Part shown: piece by piece, positions 61,701 to 63,582 of the stretch
Layout of the letters: each line of letters begins with the position of its first letter
Numbering within the stretch: position 1 is the stretch's first letter
Sequence record: SRR31156797_2571
Length of the DNA stretch: 63,582 nt
Reading direction: 5' to 3' (one strand)
Position numbers and translations under genes: made by a program
Notes under the pieces: model-generated
What the model saw: the letters and a program-made list of their open reading frames with translations, nothing else
The model's database searches: none
Told to the model about the DNA's origin: nothing

Positions 61701-63582
61701 ACATTTGTTAATTCAGATGGTCGTCCATTACAAAACCAAACTGGCACAGTTGCCATCAATGGGACGACCGGCCAAGAAATAAGTTATGAGGATTTAATTG
61801 CGGATTACCTCACTCAAACCGGTTATTATGCAGATCAAACAGGGACATTTGTTTTTGATAATACTAGCAATAATGGTAGTACGACAGATAGTGATCAACA
61901 GTTTATTACGATCACTCTCTATCCGTCTTATCAAGAAGTCGGTGTCGTTGGAAATAATCAACCGGAATCAGATCCTGCTACAGGGGAAGCATTTGAGCAA
62001 ATCCCGGGAACAGTCACTGTTGGAAAATATGGTACTTCTGGCGTTTCAAACGAAAGTATCACTCTTGGTGTAACAGATGCAGATTTAGAGAGAAATGGAT
62101 ACATTTATACGGTTACAGGACCAGATGGAGTAGTCTACAATACATTAGCGGAAGCTATGGCTGCCAATCAAACTTTTGACACCACCAGTAATGGAGCATC
62201 TCAAATGGATTCTTCACCTCAGATGTTCACGGTCAATTATGAACAAGATCCGGTATCTTTGTCTACTTCAGAGTCTGTTTCGGGAAGTGAATCATTATCA
62301 GAATCCATTATTACTTCTACTTCAGAATCAGAAAGTGTTTCTCTTTCTCAATCGATTTCAGAAAGTGACTCTTTATCAGAATCGATCTCTGTTAGTGATT
62401 CAGAATCAATGTCTACATCAATGAGTGAGTCTGTTTCAGTTTCAGAATCAGAGAGTGACTCATTGTCATCGTCTATTTCAGAAAGTGAATCTGATATGAA
62501 TGATTCGACATCTGAATCATTATCAACATCAATCTCTACTTCAACTTCTTTAAGTGATTCAGAATCGGTTTCGATCTCATTGAGTGACTCAGAATCAGCG
62601 TCTCTTTCAACAAGTGAATCTATTTCAGTGTCGGACTCAGAGAGTGGCTCGTCATCGACCTCTATCTCAGAAAGTGAATCAATGTCTCTTTCAATTTCGC
62701 TTAGTGATTCAGAATCTTTATCAGAATCCCTATCTGAAAGTATTTCAACATCGATTTCATTGTCGGATAGTGATTCAATGTCAGAAAGTCTTTCAGCATC
62801 AGAATCGTTATCCATATCAGCTAGTGTTTCTGAGTCAGATTCAGAAAGTGATAGTTCTAGCTTTAGTGCCTCTGTTTCTGGATCATTGAGCAACAGTACA
62901 AGTGATTCTGAAAGTTTATCTTTATCTGAGTCAGTATCAGTTTCACTCTCGCAATCACTCAGTGAATCCACTTCACTATCATTGTCAGAGAGTGATTCAG
63001 TATCAGAAAGTATTTCAGCATCAGAATCATTATCTGTCGCAATTAGTGAATCTGATTCTTCTTCGCTTAGTGAGAGCATTAGTTTCAGCGAATCTATTTC
63101 TGATTCATTGAGTGCTAGCATGAGTTTATCAGAAAGTTTATCGGAATCAGACTCGATCTCAAATTCAATTAGTATGTCGATGTCATTGAGCATTAGTGAA
63201 AGCAATAGTGAGTCTACTAGCGAATCAGCAAGCTTCAGTGGCAGCACAAGTGTAAGTAACAGTGATTCCACAAGTGTAAGTACGTCAGCTAGTGCATCAA
63301 CATCTGTAAGTATTAGCGAGTCAATCAGTACCAGCACATCAGTTAGCGATTCATTATCATTAAGTAACAGTGAGTCAATGAGTTTGAGTACCTCGCTTAG
63401 TGATTCATCCTCATTGAGCGCCAGCATTTCGACATCATTAAGTGCAAGTGACTCTGCAAGTTATAGCGGCAGTACGAGCGTAAGTAATAGCGATTCGGTA
63501 AGCGAAAGTATATCTGCAAGTAATTCACTTTCAGTAAGTATTAGTGAGTCAACAAGTGAAAGTACGTCAATCAGCGATTCTG
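58800..63582 (+). CDS. Serine-rich repeat adhesin (partial, more than 1590 aa): KxYKxGKxW signal, SRR1, beta-helix-like and MucBP/Mub-like binding region, SRR2
   Basis: [18 protein letters not shown]; frame spot-checked at start, middle and window end; (SX)n tracts at about 59040-59400 and 62260 to end; absent from ORF track because there is no stop codon. Confidence 0.9.
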   Translation, partial: MSKKNNYRKLLRSNKSERYKMYKSGKHWVYATITSFTGIAGLSIAPIVAHASEITPPLDASKEANAENVLANKTTTKIPASSTQESEATSQSESTQPSDSFSESESITQSQSATESTSLTESQSVSDSEIENNVTTIEESQSTSESMSLSEEESVSESESLSISESTSISESGSLSSSASESTSLSMSRSTSVSHSTSVSQKNPPKQTVSEKNKVESQKAQDLFDQLVPKKVQASVDTTTNSLEIVVKDGNSPSTSLIRAAQQYASANNLIASFAITTQSGQIIKINVSADPDMGREEFEQAINDGNKTNSPSGVTVDVPDQVKNKDLYKQTAIANGTYAAVTDWATLKAAYGNSSITYIEVTANITAATNVATRDLGWRETSVIIDGNGFTVNMAGAAFNVGASSTVRGSIFTITNINLIHWQSGTNSGDSGTGTADAVIDSRSATGGYGYWYFNIDNVTLEGRDGVSGTDTAYQPRRLLDAEDSQVTLSGKIVANVKQELMQIGEVAIANGSHVELNRTAGTTGYSMFYYMAIRGNNASDTGFNHTFKVGDGATIIGNELSTYNSNNYPLVYYGFNSITVGDDVTWKQDGFQMLLDFSRYSGSQSNDRTATFGQNLQMTATRTVGSNSLNVTNRAVVTFNAGTVLDLQQWNANTVVNVDSGATIRFISPRALHLARLTSSGAVSAGRLIIGSGTFVMNNSQISTWQGSSSQTAAPEGNRNLKFVEMTISGTTTTIKDTAGNVTTSNIVDTSTRELATVAIAPGTVTVNYVDQYGNIIKTVDMPIDPDVNYIGEYLDLQTLEYANDLMPDNYMWAIGTQVASSAKNDGQSGGDSTTNADNGDSYGQATVAIVPMENTNYTYNIYVYGVANNSVQYQYVDVKTGQVISSEYMNAGTEASGTDRVPANYGNVIDWTNSYYTSTNLPPGYYYATGAVLNGNVQPGSTTVGTGASLTTIYVVADTQTVNVTFVNSDGRPLQNQTGTVAINGTTGQEISYEDLIADYLTQTGYYADQTGTFVFDNTSNNGSTTDSDQQFITITLYPSYQEVGVVGNNQPESDPATGEAFEQIPGTVTVGKYGTSGVSNESITLGVTDADLERNGYIYTVTGPDGVVYNTLAEAMAANQTFDTTSNGASQMDSSPQMFTVNYEQDPVSLSTSESVSGSESLSESIITSTSESESVSLSQSISESDSLSESISVSDSESMSTSMSESVSVSESESDSLSSSISESESDMNDSTSESLSTSISTSTSLSDSESVSISLSDSESASLSTSESISVSDSESGSSSTSISESESMSLSISLSDSESLSESLSESISTSISLSDSDSMSESLSASESLSISASVSESDSESDSSSFSASVSGSLSNSTSDSESLSLSESVSVSLSQSLSESTSLSLSESDSVSESISASESLSVAISESDSSSLSESISFSESISDSLSASMSLSESLSESDSISNSISMSMSLSISESNSESTSESASFSGSTSVSNSDSTSVSTSASASTSVSISESISTSTSVSDSLSLSNSESMSLSTSLSDSSSLSASISTSLSASDSASYSGSTSVSNSDSVSESISASNSLSVSISESTSESTSISDS
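62260..63582 (+). repeat. Degenerate Ser-X dipeptide repeat region (SRR2)
   Basis: Alternating TCN/AGT codons; recurring blocks such as TCAGCATCAGAATC.TTATC and AGTGATTCAGAATC. Confidence 0.9.

Noticed and set aside
58975..63111. Several short ORFs on both strands in the last 5 kb
   Set aside because: They are alternative-frame fragments inside the single long SRR ORF starting at 58800.
62348..63427. 359-aa minus-strand ORF rich in L/S/D/E
   Set aside because: It is the antisense shadow of the Ser-X repeat of the SRR adhesin.

Overview
This is a chromosomal window from a low-GC Firmicute. Gene order and protein sequences point to Enterococcus, probably the E. casseliflavus/gallinarum group (inference). 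From left to right it contains: a GyrI-like and ROK gene pair; an AI-2E transporter; a DHNA/menaquinone cluster (divergent menI-like thioesterase, menB-E-F-D-H-C) with a convergent orphan acyl-CoA ligase; a hexapeptide acetyltransferase and a SerA-like gene; busR-busAA-busAB with a clear bipartite BusR operator; an approximately 10.6 kb AraC-controlled glycan utilisation locus (tandem GH43, GH2, lipoprotein GH30, ABC transporter, DUF624); a 53-bp MITE-like element nested in a terminator; a probably ROK-regulated VOC/acetyltransferase/PHP operon whose PHP gene carries a nonsense mutation; rnhC, zapA-cvpA-mutS2 and trxA; a multi-repeat L,D-transpeptidase; PadR-DUF2812-ABC; housekeeping genes up to rpoE; tRNA-Arg(CCG); rpoN; cggR-gap-pgk-tpiA-eno; glf; and the 5' 4.8 kb of a large KxYKxGKxW serine-rich-repeat (SRR) adhesin that the ORF track misses because it has no stop codon in the window. 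The most notable observations are the glf plus SRR adhesin locus, a predicted rpoN promoter that would make its leader antisense to the whole tRNA-Arg, an apparently mosaic enolase, the galactan-type glycan locus, and the mini IS3-like element. No CRISPR array, prophage or intact transposase was seen. Family assignments come from motif recognition and recall, not from database searches.
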